From: the human T2T-CHM13v2.0 reference genome, Homo sapiens
DNA: 64,000 nucleotides
Direction: 5' to 3' (one strand)
Assembly: GCF_009914755.1 (NCBI RefSeq)
Contig: NC_060927.1
Shown here: piece after piece, positions 30,447 through 43,654 of the stretch
How the letters are laid out: each line of letters opens with the position of its first letter
How positions within the stretch are numbered: the first letter of the stretch is position 1
Notes under the pieces: generated by a model
Database searches by the model: none
Told to the model about the DNA's origin: nothing
The model's input: only the letters and a program-made list of their open reading frames with translations
Made by a program: the position numbers and the translations under genes

Positions 30447-31261
30447 GAGGAAAAGAGGGTCAGTATCTTAATTTTATAAGGGAGGCATTTTATAAGACAC
30501 AGAGAATCTAAGTAATTTGTGGAAGGTCACTCAGCTAGAAAGTGAAGAGCTGGGTTTTGAAAACCCAGATTCTGGACTCAATCATTACTCTATGCTGTAT
30601 TTCTTCTTAGAGTATATGAAATTATCCCTGTGAAAATAGTTAGACTCTGGCATTCTATAGCTGTTTTCTGTGACCTGTGCTCTATATTGTTTTTCTTTGC
30701 TTCACAGAAACGTAGGTACTGTTTTCCCCTAAGTTGTTAATTAATACTCAGATAAGGGGCAAGCACCTCTAGGAAAAATCAAATTATAAATGTCCAGTAC
30801 ACTTTTATATCACATCACATAATGTGACACATTAAACAGTTGTGGAATGTCAAAAATTGGCATAATAGATGACTTGGGAATGTAGAGTGACAAGTTTTCA
30901 TACAATTGTGCCTTTTTTTGTGATAATGGTAAACTCTGGAAAATTTCATTTTCTGGTTCTGCAGATTGCCAGCACATTGACATTTCCTGTATGGTTTCCC
31001 AATGGGAAGGACAGAATTGTATTTAGCCAAATCTGATAATTTTCCTTAGTTGAAATTGAAGGGGCTAAAATGCCTACCTACACTTGGATATGGGCTTCAA
31101 TTTTTTTTGAAGATACTTATTTTCCTTCTTTGTTTCTAGGATATAGAGGCAGTTCAGGTAGTTTTTCAGGATACTGAATTGTAGAAGTAGGCCCTTAGTG
31201 AATCAAGCCATTCATATACAAGTTGAGTAAGTGCTCAGAGTAGGTGTCTATATTAAGGACA

Positions 31262-31400
31262 GGGTCCTGTACATTGTGGGGTGCTTAGCAGTTTTGCCAT
31301 CATCTGCCCATGAGATGACAGTAACAAACCCCATCTTCCCTATGATTATGACAACCAAAAATGTCTTCAGACTTTGCCAACAAATTACCTTTAGATGTAA
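31262..31400 (-). mobile_element. MER20 fragment
   Basis: GTCCTGTACATTGTGGGGTGCTTAGCAG...ACAACCAAAAATGTCTTCAGACTTTGCCAA. Confidence 0.6.
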
Positions 31401-31432
31401 TCACTGATTTAGAGCAATAGAATTTTTGGCTC

Positions 31433-31967
31433 TGTAGGGTAAATGAAGTGCACCTGATAGCAATAAATGACGCATACCCTGAGAATGACCCTGTATGGCA
31501 GATGCACCTGAATGTGTGTTCCAAGCTAAGGAACTCGGGAATGGCCAACAGGGAGATTCATTCCTTGTCTATGAGGAACATCTGAACCTCCAGCCTGTCT
31601 ATTGGAACTCAGGCCACACAGGGGCTCAAGACCCCGAGTTTTGGGTTGAATGAAGGTTGCCAGGTGGAGACTGTTTGGGAAAGGGTGCTGAGTGAAAATG
31701 CTATATAAACTGCATGCCCTTTGCAAATGATTGTAGTTTTCCTGCCCAGTCCCCTGCCGCTGGGCTGCGGAGTTATCTTGTCTAGCCCACTGCTACTGGG
31801 CTGTTTGTAAGGCGATTCTCCTGTCCAGCCCAACACCACTGGCCTTTCTCCGTGGTAAGTAAAGCTCCAGTAAAATCCCATGTCTTGTTTGCTGGCCCTG
31901 GGTCTCTTTTTCAGTCTCTTGAACCTGGTGCCATCCCCTTTAGAGTCGATAGGGGTTCAGCGTGACA
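31433..31967 (+). mobile_element. ERVL-class solo LTR (LTR32-like)
   Basis: TG...CA termini and a perfect 5-bp TSD GGCTC (31428-31432, 31968-31972). Family name is from memory and less certain than the LTR call. Confidence 0.8.
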
Positions 31968-32487
31968 GGCTCTTTGTTGTAAATATTTGAGATTGATGAT
32001 ATCTTTGCACATATTGGAAAACTTTAGATTTCAGGATAGTAACTTATGGGCCACAATGCCAACTACAGCTCCGGTAATGTTACAGTATGATGGTTTTTAA
32101 TGTGTTCCCTGGACTAGCATTATCTTTTACAAATAAAATCAAATCACATCACTGGCTGAATGTTTGAGATGTATTCTCTTCTCATTTTAAGGTTTACGTA
32201 AGTAATCTCTCCAAATAAGTATAATATTAATAGCTGACAGATAAAGAGTCTTTTATATTTACAGGATGCTTTCAACTTAGTCTTTTCTTTAATTTCCCCA
32301 GTAACTCTGAGAAGAGTTTTTATTCACCCATTTGATTAGAAACAGAGACTTAAGAAGAGTAACTTCTGTCTATTCTGAGTTAGGGAGATCAGAAAATACC
32401 ACTGTTCTGAGTAGTATTAGGTGAGAAGAGTTTTCTTGCTGATTAAAATCCTCAAGTAAAGCTCTTACATATAAGACTTTTATATAT

Positions 32488-32771
32488 AAGAACAAAAAAC
32501 CAAACACCGCATATTGTCACTCATAGGTGGGAATTGAACAATGAGAACACATGGACACAGGAAGGGTAACATCACACTCTGGGGACTGTTGTGGGGTGGG
32601 GGGAGTGGGGAGGGGGGAGGGATAGCTTTAGGAGATATACCTAATGCTAAATGAGGACTTAATGGGTGCAGCACACCAGCATGGCACATGTATACATATG
32701 TAACTAACCTGCACATTGTGCACATGTACCCTAAAACTTAAAGTATAATAATAAAATAAAATTAAAAAAAA
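32488..32771 (+). mobile_element. 5'-truncated young L1 (L1PA3-like) 3' end
   Basis: ACCAAACACCGCATATT...GGGATAGCTTTAGGAGATATACCTAATGCTAAATG...CCCTAAAACTTAAAGTATAATAATAAA; TSD ATAAGACTTTT at 32471-32481 and 32772-32782. Confidence 0.95.
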
Positions 32772-33992
32772 ATAAGACTTTTTCCTATCCTCGAGAGCAG
32801 TGTCAAAGGCTCATGACTGTTTTTCTCCTGATCTCCAAATTCTAAACCATGTGCTGCAGTTTCCTATGTTGATGTCACTGGTTGTTCACCCTGGGATGTC
32901 CTATAGACTGGAGCATCTGTCTCTATCCTCTCCAATGAGCTGTCCTAATTATGTTACATCAAGACAACTTGTGAAGCTCAGAATCTCAAGTTTCTGGCCT
33001 TACAACTGATGAGCAGCATAAGCCATTCCCACTGCTGTTCTCAGTCCCCTCCCTGTCTTAGATTCATAGATCCCTAGGCTCTTAAGTGTCTTCCAGAACT
33101 GTTTATCTTGTAGTCAAGACCCAGAAATTAGACTTCCAGAAACATAGCTCTTCAAGGCAGGTTCTTCAAGGTGATGATGCCTGTGTCACCTTGATAGGAA
33201 ACCTCCTACACTGTGTAATACTGTCATCTCAGGGAGAGCCACTGTTCATTAGCTTAAATTGTCAGCTTTATGGTTCAGTGAAATAAATACACATTTTCCC
33301 TAAGGTAATGACTTTTTTCTCACTTCGTGAGAGCTGTAGGGACCCTTGTTATCAAGAGATAATCATATTCTAGTGGTGCTACTTATTGTACCCAATGAAA
33401 GTCCCAAGGATGTGATTATCTCTTAATAACTCTAAAGCCTGTTATGTATCATCTTGTATTTTGTTTACTTTGAGTGTGTGGTGGGGAACCCATTAGTGAT
33501 CTCTGTGGTTGATAGTATTCGTTGTGAAATGATAAAAGAATCAAATGACCATTTGTTTGCTTGGAGCTAGACAGCACGATTAGAAATGCATCCCAATTCT
33601 GACTGAAAAATGCATTTAAATGTAATCTGTTGCTTAGTATTAGTTTAATAACCCTGATGTTAATACTAAATCATATCAAGCAAAGCTAATGGAAATTCTG
33701 AAAATAAACATGGATAATTTAGTATCTATATGACCTTTACCTCCCACAGAAAATTCAGGTTGGGTTTTAACTACCTGTGAAAAGGAAGTAGATACCCATG
33801 AGAAATAACCTGCTGATTCTGTGATGGAAAATGCCATCAATAAGTTAAGCAAAACAGGAGAAATATAAGGAAAAGCCTGTTAAATACAATGGCCTTTAAG
33901 AATACGGACAGTTGTTAAATGGTAACTCTTACCTCTCACTTTAGGCTCTCCTTTGATATTCAAATAATGTTAATAATAACAAGTATCATTAA

Positions 33993-34331
<339 letters not shown>

Positions 34332-37300
34332 CATTTTATCTTTCGAAGAACCTTTCAAGGTAGATAATTTTGGCCCTGTCTTACAGATGATAACAACAAA
34401 CTACAAGAGGTTATATAACTTGGTTGAGTTCATGCAGCAAATGCGTGGTAAAGCTTAGACTCAAATATGACTTTAGAACCTATATTTTATCCACTGATTA
34501 TTTAAAGGCATAATGTACAGAGTGACTAAGCGCAATTATAGGAGACTTGTAATCAATGGTGATCACATACACATTTGTTGTTAGACAAATCCAGGTCTGA
34601 CTCTAACAGGCAAAGTAAAGAGACCACTCTTTGGTCCCTCCTAATGTTATATGCTATGTCTGTGAGAATTGAAAGCTTTAGAGATGCCGCATCTGGGTTT
34701 TTGAACATGTTCATTAGAATTATTTTCATGCTCTTACCTGTCACTTGGGAAGGGTTGTTTTTGTTCTTAATAAATAACCGACACACCTTTTGGTTTTGAG
34801 GTATTTGGAAAGGGTCTAGATCAGGACTGTTTGTTCCCTAGGGTAAAATCATCCTTTTTGACCTAGGCCTTGCCAGCTGCTGCATCTAACTATTTGCTAT
34901 TAGCTGAGAAGCTCTGCAGTCATTCATGGATTTCTGGTTCCTTTGTTGTAAAATTGCGAGTACATTTATGTTGACAGCAGCTGATTTGTTCAAAGATTGG
35001 ACCCAATCTTTCTGGGCAGAGGGAGAGTCGTCTATTTATTCACCTGGTTGTGTATTAATTTCCTGCCTATTTTCACATGTGATTTTATTTAGTTTATAAT
35101 AAAAACTTTAACTTAGGATAGCGGGTACAAGTTATGGATTGAACATGGAAAGTTTAGTGAATTTTTCATGATTAAAAAAATGATTATAATGATAGCTAGC
35201 ATTTATTTTCTGCATAGTATGAACTGGGCAGTGTTCTCATGGATTACCTCAGTCTAGCCTCAAAACAACAGCTAAAGGTAGGAATACATTAGGCTCATTT
35301 TATTCGAAAGGAAGCTGAGCTTAAAGAAGGTGGGTAAAATGAAAGGTCTTGCCTTGCGTTCGCCTCTAGGGAGAGACTATTAGCCAATCAAGTGCAATAG
35401 ATTCAGTTTCTTTCCCCCTGTAAAGCAGCACAAAAGCGGCCCAGAAAAAAATTCTGTGGGTTTTTTTTTTTTTTTAACCTTCTTTCAAGGTATGAAATTG
35501 GGTATCTACCTACTTGAATCATCTCTGTTCATGCTGGCTAACCTAAGATGGGAAGTTTTAACTATGTCTACTTTTTCCCCTAACAAGAATACAGCAACTG
35601 AACATTTTCCCAGTGAGGTGTGAATAAATAATTCCTGCTTATATAATCAGCAACTTCTCAACATCAACCGAGGCATCATTAGATATTTTCTTTTAAGATC
35701 AGTTATGAAAATCCACTGTGGAAGTGGAACTTATTTTGGCGTAACCCTTAGTTTATAATAACTAAGACTATACGTTGGATCCATTCAATCATTGAGCATA
35801 CATTTAAGGAGCACCTGCTTTAGACCAGGTTGTACTAGACTGTACACCTTCAGACTGAAGAATAAGACAACACAGGTACATACTTTCCCACAGTAAAAGG
35901 TATGTGTGTTTTGGGGTAAGCCGAACAGTGATAAATATTTTGTGATGAGCGGTATGCTGAAGACATGTGCTGAGTGTAACTGGAGCACAAGATCCATTAC
36001 GGTCCTGAGAGGTTATGGTTTTGTTAAAAGGATTATTTCAAAAGTAATATTCTCTTACTGTTTTAGATACATTTTGATGATGTTTGTTGTTTATTTGCTG
36101 GGGGGAGGTGGCAGAGTAGAGTAGTAATTTTACTTTGACAGCAAATCCCAGGAGGTCAGGAATCTTGGTCTGTTTCTTTTCTCCTAGTAAATACTTTTTG
36201 AATAAAAAAAATTAATGTCAATGTAAAAGCTATTGGTCTATGATAGTAAAGGAACAGTTGATTATGATTCATATTCATGAGCCAGGAATTTTTATATATG
36301 GAATTTCCTTACAAATTTGTAGGTTGTTAGCATTGTGACTTATTTGTATTCATTGCTCACTTATTTGTCTGCCTCATTTCTACAGGCACAAAGCCAGGAC
36401 TTTGTATTACTCACAGAAAACTTAGCTTCAGTGGGCTTATGATTTCTTAACTAGTAACCATTTAGTTGTAATATACAGAAACTTAAACTAGCTCACATAA
36501 TAAGGGTTGTTGAAACCATCTGCCAGGCAAAATGATAGTCTTCTAAGCATAAAAAAATTATAGCTAAAACGTAACCTCATGGGGACTTGACTTAGGAAGT
36601 CAGGAAATGTGGCTGCCCCTCACCTTTTACCCTATTTTCAGTTCTTCATTTCTCATGTGGATCAGGAGTAAGGATGTATGTAATCCTAACTCTGGTTTTC
36701 TCTAAAGTCTTATTTTTCTGGTTCTCTCAAGACTGGCTTCTTTAACAATAATTCCAACTTTACATGCCTCAAACTCTCAAGTGTTGCAATTCAAAATCTC
36801 TGAGAGAGAATCTTGTTGACTTAATGTGGGTCAAGTATTAATTGATGGTTCAATAGCTGTAGCCTATTAGGTTGAATCACGTAGAACATAGGGCTGGTCT
36901 TTTCAGGAGCAACAGGTGGGATGCATTCTTTACAAAGGAGATATTGTTTCAGAGGCCTTCTTGGGGTCAGTCCCATATATTCCCCCTCACTCTTCTTACC
37001 TTTCCATCCTGCTTTCTATTCTCTTTGGCATTGCTCTTTGCTCCGTGGTAGCTAACTGACCTGATAAATGCATTCATGATATGTTAGTTCACCCAACAGA
37101 TAAGTTCTTTTGGCCAGGATTCCCTCTGGATGCAATTACAAAAATCAAAGGAGTGAATTTAATAATGTTTTCTATAATGGGCAAGTATTTGGGAACATAT
37201 GTTTTCTTGTGGTGCTGATACTGCTTTTTGTGTGTACAGTCACCATGCATGAAACTATCCATAATGTATGAGAATCTCTTGCCAATGTTACTGCTACTAG

Positions 37301-39050
37301 TGGATACTATAACTAGTGGCTAAACTGAATAGCTAGTCTGCATTATGTAATTTAATTATTAATTTGAGGATTGAAATAATCCTTTGAGGATGAATACTGT
37401 TATTGTCCCCACTTTAAAAATAGAATTGAGGATTATATCAATTAAAGAATTGTTCAAGATCACATGATTAGTAATAAATTGAACCAATATCCCATCCCAA
37501 GAAATTTATCCCGGAGCTTATGTTCTCAAACAAGAACAACATAATTATTTTAATGAATAAAATTAAGTTTTCATTTCAAGTATTATTCCACTGGATAGGG
37601 TAAATGTAATCTCTACCTTCTTTCTGTGAAGAAGAAAAAATATATATGACAAATTTTTAGTAATATTTGAAAAAACAAAAAACTTTGACCAATGTCTGTA
37701 GGATTATTATAATTTTAATTGTTATTGATAGGTAGGCTGGAGTTGCAAATGGTGCCAATAGCTGTAAATAGAGCTTTAGTTTTACATCAGTTGCTGTCCT
37801 TAATGTAAGAAAGATAGGTGTTTAGATACATACTAAACTTTTGTAGCTGACTAATGTATATACAGCTGGTAACTGACCATATTAAAACCAAACAGATGGT
37901 GATGTATTTGTGATTCAGAATTAATGTGAATATATAATTTTTCATAATCCATAGGAAACATTTTCTTACACATGTCATCATTTATGAAATTGTATTTGTT
38001 TTAGGGGTATATGAGAAAGGTCAGGGATTATTTTACATTTCTGAATATATTAGCAATATGAAGAATACCTGTTTAGTCTCTACCTTCTGGTTGTTATCGA
38101 TATTATCCTGAGAGTAAAGGTAGTTAGGTATTTAATATAGAGATGAATTATTTTGCAATTCAGCCAGAGAAGGCATACACTTAAGAAAAGATCATGTTTT
38201 TATGGCTAATCAAGAAACTATAACATTTTTATCCAATCAATTATGTTATATTTAAGAATAAGCCAGAGTAGAATAGTATGATTAAAGATATTTCTGATTA
38301 GCTAATCTATATTATATATATCTACATAAAATTTTATTTTCAGTTATTAAAACTATAAGACAGTTATTTTACAAAGAAGTGATCTATAGCAGAAACTTGG
38401 TTAGAGGATACACATATGAATAAACATGAAAACATAAATATGTACCTTTATTCTACGTAAAATTAAGTGTGTGTGTATTTATATATATATTTATAGGGAA
38501 AATAAATTTAGTTCTTCAGGGAAAAATATTGTGAGGCAAAAATTATTTCACAATTAAAGTTTAAGTCGGTAGCTTTAAGAGAATGTACAATTTATGTGAA
38601 GAGTGTTTGTTTTTGTTAGGTACCCTCATTTTATGTATTCATATACCTAACAAAAACGATGACGTCTCCATTTATTGCTCAATTTTTATTATTTTAAAAT
38701 CCTTTTAATGTACCCTCTTAAGAAATTGTCTCTTTTATTGAATCTGAATGCCATAAAATATTGCAGGCTCCTAGAGCCATCATACTAACAAGGGAAAGAT
38801 AGAGTGGTGATGACCTTCTCAAAAGTCACTCAGCTCATGGGAGGCAAGGCGGAGAATGGATCCTGGATCCTAATCTACACAATTCTATTAAGCTGGAAAT
38901 CTATACCAAATGTATTTAATTTTTACTTTGTCCTAATCCAATCTGATTTAATTTTAGACCGGGAAGATTACAGGTAAGCATCACCTACCCATAAGCCTAT
39001 CTATGCTTGAAAAAATGTATTTATTTGTGTATTTTTTCTTTTTATTCTAG

Positions 39051-39106
39051 GAATCATTGACATAGAGTAACTCCACAGCATGTGTCTTCAAGAGCTTCCC
39101 TAAAAG
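39051..39106 (+). other. CNTN4: 56-nt non-coding 5'-UTR exon of contactin-4
   Basis: Pyrimidine tract TTTTTTCTTTTTATTCTAG acceptor and AAG|GTAAGC donor. The sequence GAATCATTGACATAGAG...CCCTAAAAG and its 56-nt length match my recollection of the CNTN4 5'-UTR. Gene identity is from memory; confirm by BLAT. Confidence 0.82.
39080..39103 (+). other. Candidate uORF (MCLQELP*) inside the 5'-UTR exon
   Basis: ATG TGT CTT CAA GAG CTT CCC TAA; A at position -3. Confidence 0.55.
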
Positions 39107-39630
39107 GTAAGCTTCCCACAAGGGAAGATTTTCCTTATGTGTAGTTCACCTTGATTAGCATCCTTAGTTTCTATGGAAACATTGAAAACCTTCCCTTACA
39201 GAGTGATAGCATGAGATTGTTTTTGATGTTTTTATGAATGTTGAAATTAATGAAAGTAGTGAAGTTACATAAATTAAAGCCTGAAACTAAGAAATAGGGA
39301 CTATTTACATTTCTCTCTGGAGAAGATACTTAAGGTAGGTTTTCTGTAGTTTAGATTAATTTGATAATTCAAAAATTTTAGAATTTGTAATCATAGAAAG
39401 TGTATATTGGGAATAAAGTTGTTGTACTTTTACCAAATGGTTTCATAGGAGAGGATGTTTTAGCAGTCAAACCAACACAAATATTAAGTTAACGCAGTCC
39501 TATAAATACTCAGATCTTAAAAGTTGAAGCTTTTGAAGGGATAAAACATGAGAAATGTAACTCACTGTCTACAATGTATGCAAATTTTTTCCTTAATAAA
39601 ATATATAGATGTAAAACAGTAAAATGGTTA

Positions 39631-40079
39631 TGTTTTACTTTCCTGATGCTGATCCAATAAAGTAACTGGTGGCTTAAAACAATGGAAACTTATTCTCTCA
39701 CATTTGTGGAATCTACAAGTTTGAAATGAAACTCTCAGCAGGAACATGCTCTCTCTTTGAAGGCTCTTAAGGAGGAATCTCTTTGCTTCCTCTAGCTTCT
39801 GGTGGTTGCTGGCAATGTTTGGTGTTCCTTGGCTTCAGATGCATCAGTCAAATCTCTGCCTCTATCTTCAGTTCACGTGGCTGTCTCCCCTATGTGTGTC
39901 CAAATATTCTTCTTCTTAGGAAGATAGCAGTCATTGAATTAGGGCCCATGCTAATCTAATATGATCACATCTTAACTTGATTTTTATCTGTAAAGATCCT
40001 TTTTAAAAAGTCACATTCACAGATTTTGGAGATTAGGATTTCAACAGATCTTTTAGGGACATCTAATTCACTCATAACA
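39631..40079 (-). mobile_element. MLT1C-like MaLR solo LTR
   Basis: CTGGTGGCTTAAAACAA...TCTAGCTTCTGGTGGTTGCTGGCAAT...GTCACATTCACAG...ATAACA. Confidence 0.8.
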
Positions 40080-40359
40080 GTATGCCTAAAAAGAGAGTCT
40101 AGTGAAATTAAAGTTAATTATTGTTAACAATGTATTTATGGGAAAATAATCATAACATGGAGTGGAGGAAGGTCTCATTCCATTGGTATACATAAAATGC
40201 TGTTTATTTTAATGATATAATAATTATCTCTTGATGGCCAGCTTTTCTCCCAAGCAAGATAAAAATTATTCGGTACAGGGTTTGATAACATTGGGTAAAA
40301 TATTAGTATATAATTCTGATTCTCAGATTTTTAACACCCTCAGTTAAAAAAAATAATAA

Positions 40360-40552
40360 TCCTGGACATCAGTGAGACCCTGTCTCTATGAAAAACAGGA
40401 AAATTTAGCCGGATATGGTGGTGCATGCCTGTAGTCCCACTACTGGGAAAGCTGAAGCGAAAGGATCACTTGGGCCTGGGAGGTCAAGGCTGCAACGAGT
40501 TGTTATTGCACCACTGCACTGTAGCCTGGGTGACAGAGCAAGACCTTGTCAT
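40360..40552 (+). mobile_element. Partial AluJ
   Basis: TGGTGGTGCATGCCTGTAGTCCC...GGAGGTCAAGGCTGCA...GACAGAGCAAGACC. Confidence 0.85.
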
Positions 40553-40553
40553 A

Positions 40554-40558
<5 letters not shown>

Positions 40559-40627
<69 letters not shown>
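40559..40627. repeat. Compound (TA)n(GA)n microsatellite at the Alu tail
   Basis: Seen directly. Confidence 0.95.
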
Positions 40628-40632
<5 letters not shown>

Positions 40633-42264
40633 AATTTATTTCACTTGATTCTTCAGGTATTTTTCATGAGCTAAGGTTGAGTAAGGTGTTTTTTAACCAA
40701 CTGGCTATTGTTCTGTAACAAACCACCCCAAAACTCAGTGGCTAAAAACAGTAACTTTATTATTTCCTATGAGTCTATGGGATCAGCTGCTTGGGTCTTC
40801 TGATCTGGAACAGACTCTGCAGTATTGACTGGGTATGCTCCTTGGTCTGAGCGCAGCTCACAGGTCAGTGCAAGCTGCTCCACAAGGTCCCTCTCCTCCA
40901 GCAGGAACCATCTTTCTTAAGGCAGCAACATTATTCCAAGATACTCTGAGTGTCCTCAAGCTTGTTTAGATGTGCTGTGTTTTCCCTTGCTTTTACTTAC
41001 TCTGTTCCTTCTCCTTGGAATATTCTTTCTTTCCATCTTTTTATTCCACTTGAAAATGTATTTCCTTTATGAATACTGCTCTGGTTTCTTTGATCCTATT
41101 CATTCATATATCTTTGTGTAGCTGAAGATACTGAACTCAAATCCCTGTTAGGGTGAGGCTTCCCTCTTGTGCCAACATCAGTGTAAACAATATGATAATC
41201 ACATTGTCTTGTAATTGCTAGCTTAATTATCTTACCCTCCCACTGTGAACTTCTGAAGCCAGTGATTGCATCTTCTTGTTCTTCATGGTATTCCAAGAAC
41301 CTAGCAGTGCATGCACAGATGATGTCTTCCATAACTATCCATGGACAGAATGAAAGATTTAATGACATCTTCCCTATTCTAATTCCTCTCTTAAAATTTA
41401 AGTTGTTGAAACTTTCCAGAATTTGGACTGAAAGGCAGGAGGTAGGTTTCCTCTCATTTTGATGATGCCCCTTGGACTCTACTCAAAGAGGGCCCAGGCA
41501 CCCTGTGGTGCCACCCTGGCCTTTCTTCCTCTACCACAAATTGTAAAAGTTGTAGTCTGTGGGACAGAATATCCCCAAAACAGTTAATTTGATTTACATA
41601 ATAGCTCTTTTTAACATAGTAATTTCAAAAATAAAAATAAAGTTTAACTTGTTGCCAGCACTTAAAAATTTGGAGATTTTACATAAAATGATTTTTTAAA
41701 TTCTCCTAAAAGAAATCATAATAACTTTCTATCCTGGACAATGCATTTCCAGATGACAAAGAGGGCTTAGCTGAACAATAGCAGCCTTCCAGTGCCCTCT
41801 CCAGTTCGTCACACCATGCCATTTGCTATCTTCTAGCCCCAGTAGACACTTGAGTTTAATATCCTTAGCTACCCAAAGATACATGGATTGATACAGTGTG
41901 GAGGCTTAGCTTTGCTTCTAAATGTCTGAACAAAGAAGTGTCAGTGGTTGAATGGGCCATTTAGATGTTCTTATTATATATCCATCAACTAAGTAAAAAT
42001 AATTTTGGCTTTGTTTTCAAAGCTCTGTACTTGAATTCCTGCATGTAATATTTGAACAGATAATCTCTCTGACCTCTTTTTTTTACACATCTGTAAAATG
42101 GAGACTGTGATATTCTTCATAGGCTTGGGTCATGTTAGGTTACTTTATTAATGCTAGACAATTTAGTCTAAACTGCACTCATAGGGAAAATAGAAGAAGA
42201 CAGTTACATTCTTCTTTTTCTGGATTGGTACAAAAATTTTCATCTTTTGTTAGGGTACATTAGC

Positions 42265-42990
42265 AATATGAAGTACTGATACATGCAACAACTGGGATAA
42301 ACCTTGAAAATATTATAAATAAAACAAGCCTGACACCAAAGGTCATATATTATATGATTCCACGTTGATATGGTTTGGCTGTGTCCCCACCCAAATCTCA
42401 TCTTGTAGTTCCCATAATCCCCACCTGTCGTGGGAGGGAGCCGGTGGGAGGTAAATGAATCAAGGGGGCAGTGATCCTCATGCTGTTCGTGTAACAGTGA
42501 GTGAGTTCTCATGAGATCTGATAGTTTTAGAAGGGTCTTTCCCCTCACTTCACTCTCACTATTCTTCCTGCTGCCATGTGAAGAAGGACTTTGTTGGCTT
42601 CTCCTTCCACCATGATTTTAAGTTTCCTGAGGCCTCCCCAGTCATGCTGAAGTGTGAGTCAATTAAACCTCTTTCCTTTATAAATTACTCAGTCTCAGGT
42701 ATGTCTATTTTAGCAGCATGAGAATGGACTAATATACATGTATAAGAAATACCTAGAATAGGCAAAACTATAGAGACAGAAAGTAGATTAATAGTTTCCA
42801 GAAACTAAGGAGAGATGCAAGCGGGCAGTGACTGACTGCTAGGATTTCTTTTTGGAGGTGATGAAAATGTTTTGGAATTAGAGAGTAGTGATGGCTGTAA
42901 AGCCTTGTGAATACACTAAAAACCACTAAATTGTGCAGTGAGTGGTGAATTTTATGGTATGTGAATTACATCTCAATAAAGTAATAAGGA
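42265..42990 (+). mobile_element. L1MB 3'-end fragment interrupted by THE1
   Basis: TACTGATACATGCAACAAC, ATAGGCAAAACTATAGAGACAGAAAGTAGATT and GTGAATTACATCTCAATAAAG. Confidence 0.8.
42366..42736 (+). mobile_element. THE1D-like MaLR solo LTR
   Basis: TGATATGGTTTGGCTGTGTCCCCACCCAAATCTCATCTTG start, AATGGACTAATATA end; TSD CACGT/CATGT. Confidence 0.92.
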
Positions 42991-43027
42991 AATATATGTT
43001 TTAGGAAGACAAAATTTCATCTTCAGC

Positions 43028-43641
43028 TGAGGCAGGAGAATAGGGTCTGGAGGCAGGGTAAACCTAAGGGCAATTTGCACTGACTTCCTACAACTGAATC
43101 AAAAGGAAAACCCCACCTCCCCACAACCAATTAACAAAGGGATTAGAGGCTACTCCCTTTGTACTGCATTGCCGATGAAAAATGGAAAGTACCTCTGATT
43201 GGTTCTCTCCTGCAACCAGTCACACTGGTCACGGGCCAAGTCTTCATGTGTAACTTTGTAACTTCACTTCAGCCTCTAATTTGCCCCCTCCTGCAACCAA
43301 TCAGACGTTTGCATAGGGTGTAACTTTGTAACTTCACTTCAGTCTCTTATTGGTCACTCTCTGCAACCAATGAGACTGGTCGCGGGTCACTCCTTCATTT
43401 ACATAGTGTAACTAAGTAACCAATGGGAAACCTCTAGAGGGTAAACCCCAGAAAATTCTGTAACCAGTGCTCTTGAGCCACTTGCTCAAGATTGCTCCCA
43501 CTATGTGGAGTACACTTTCATTTCAATAAACCTGTGCTTTCATTACTTCATTCTTTTGTTGCTTTGTGTGTTTTGTCCTATTCTTTGTTCAAAATGCCAA
43601 GAACCTGGACAACTCATAGTCAAGACCCTCCACTGGCAACA
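43028..43641 (+). mobile_element. MER51-like ERV1 solo LTR
   Basis: TGAGGCAGGAGAATAGGGTCTGGAGGCAGGG start, internal GCAACCAATC repeats, CTCCACTGGCAACA end; 4-bp TSD CAGC/TAGC. Confidence 0.85.
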
Positions 43642-43654
43642 TAGCTATGGTGAC

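Noticed and set aside
43195-43420. Triplicated units containing GCAACCAATC and TGTAACTTTGTAACTTCAC
   Set aside because: Intrinsic internal repeats of MER51-type LTRs.
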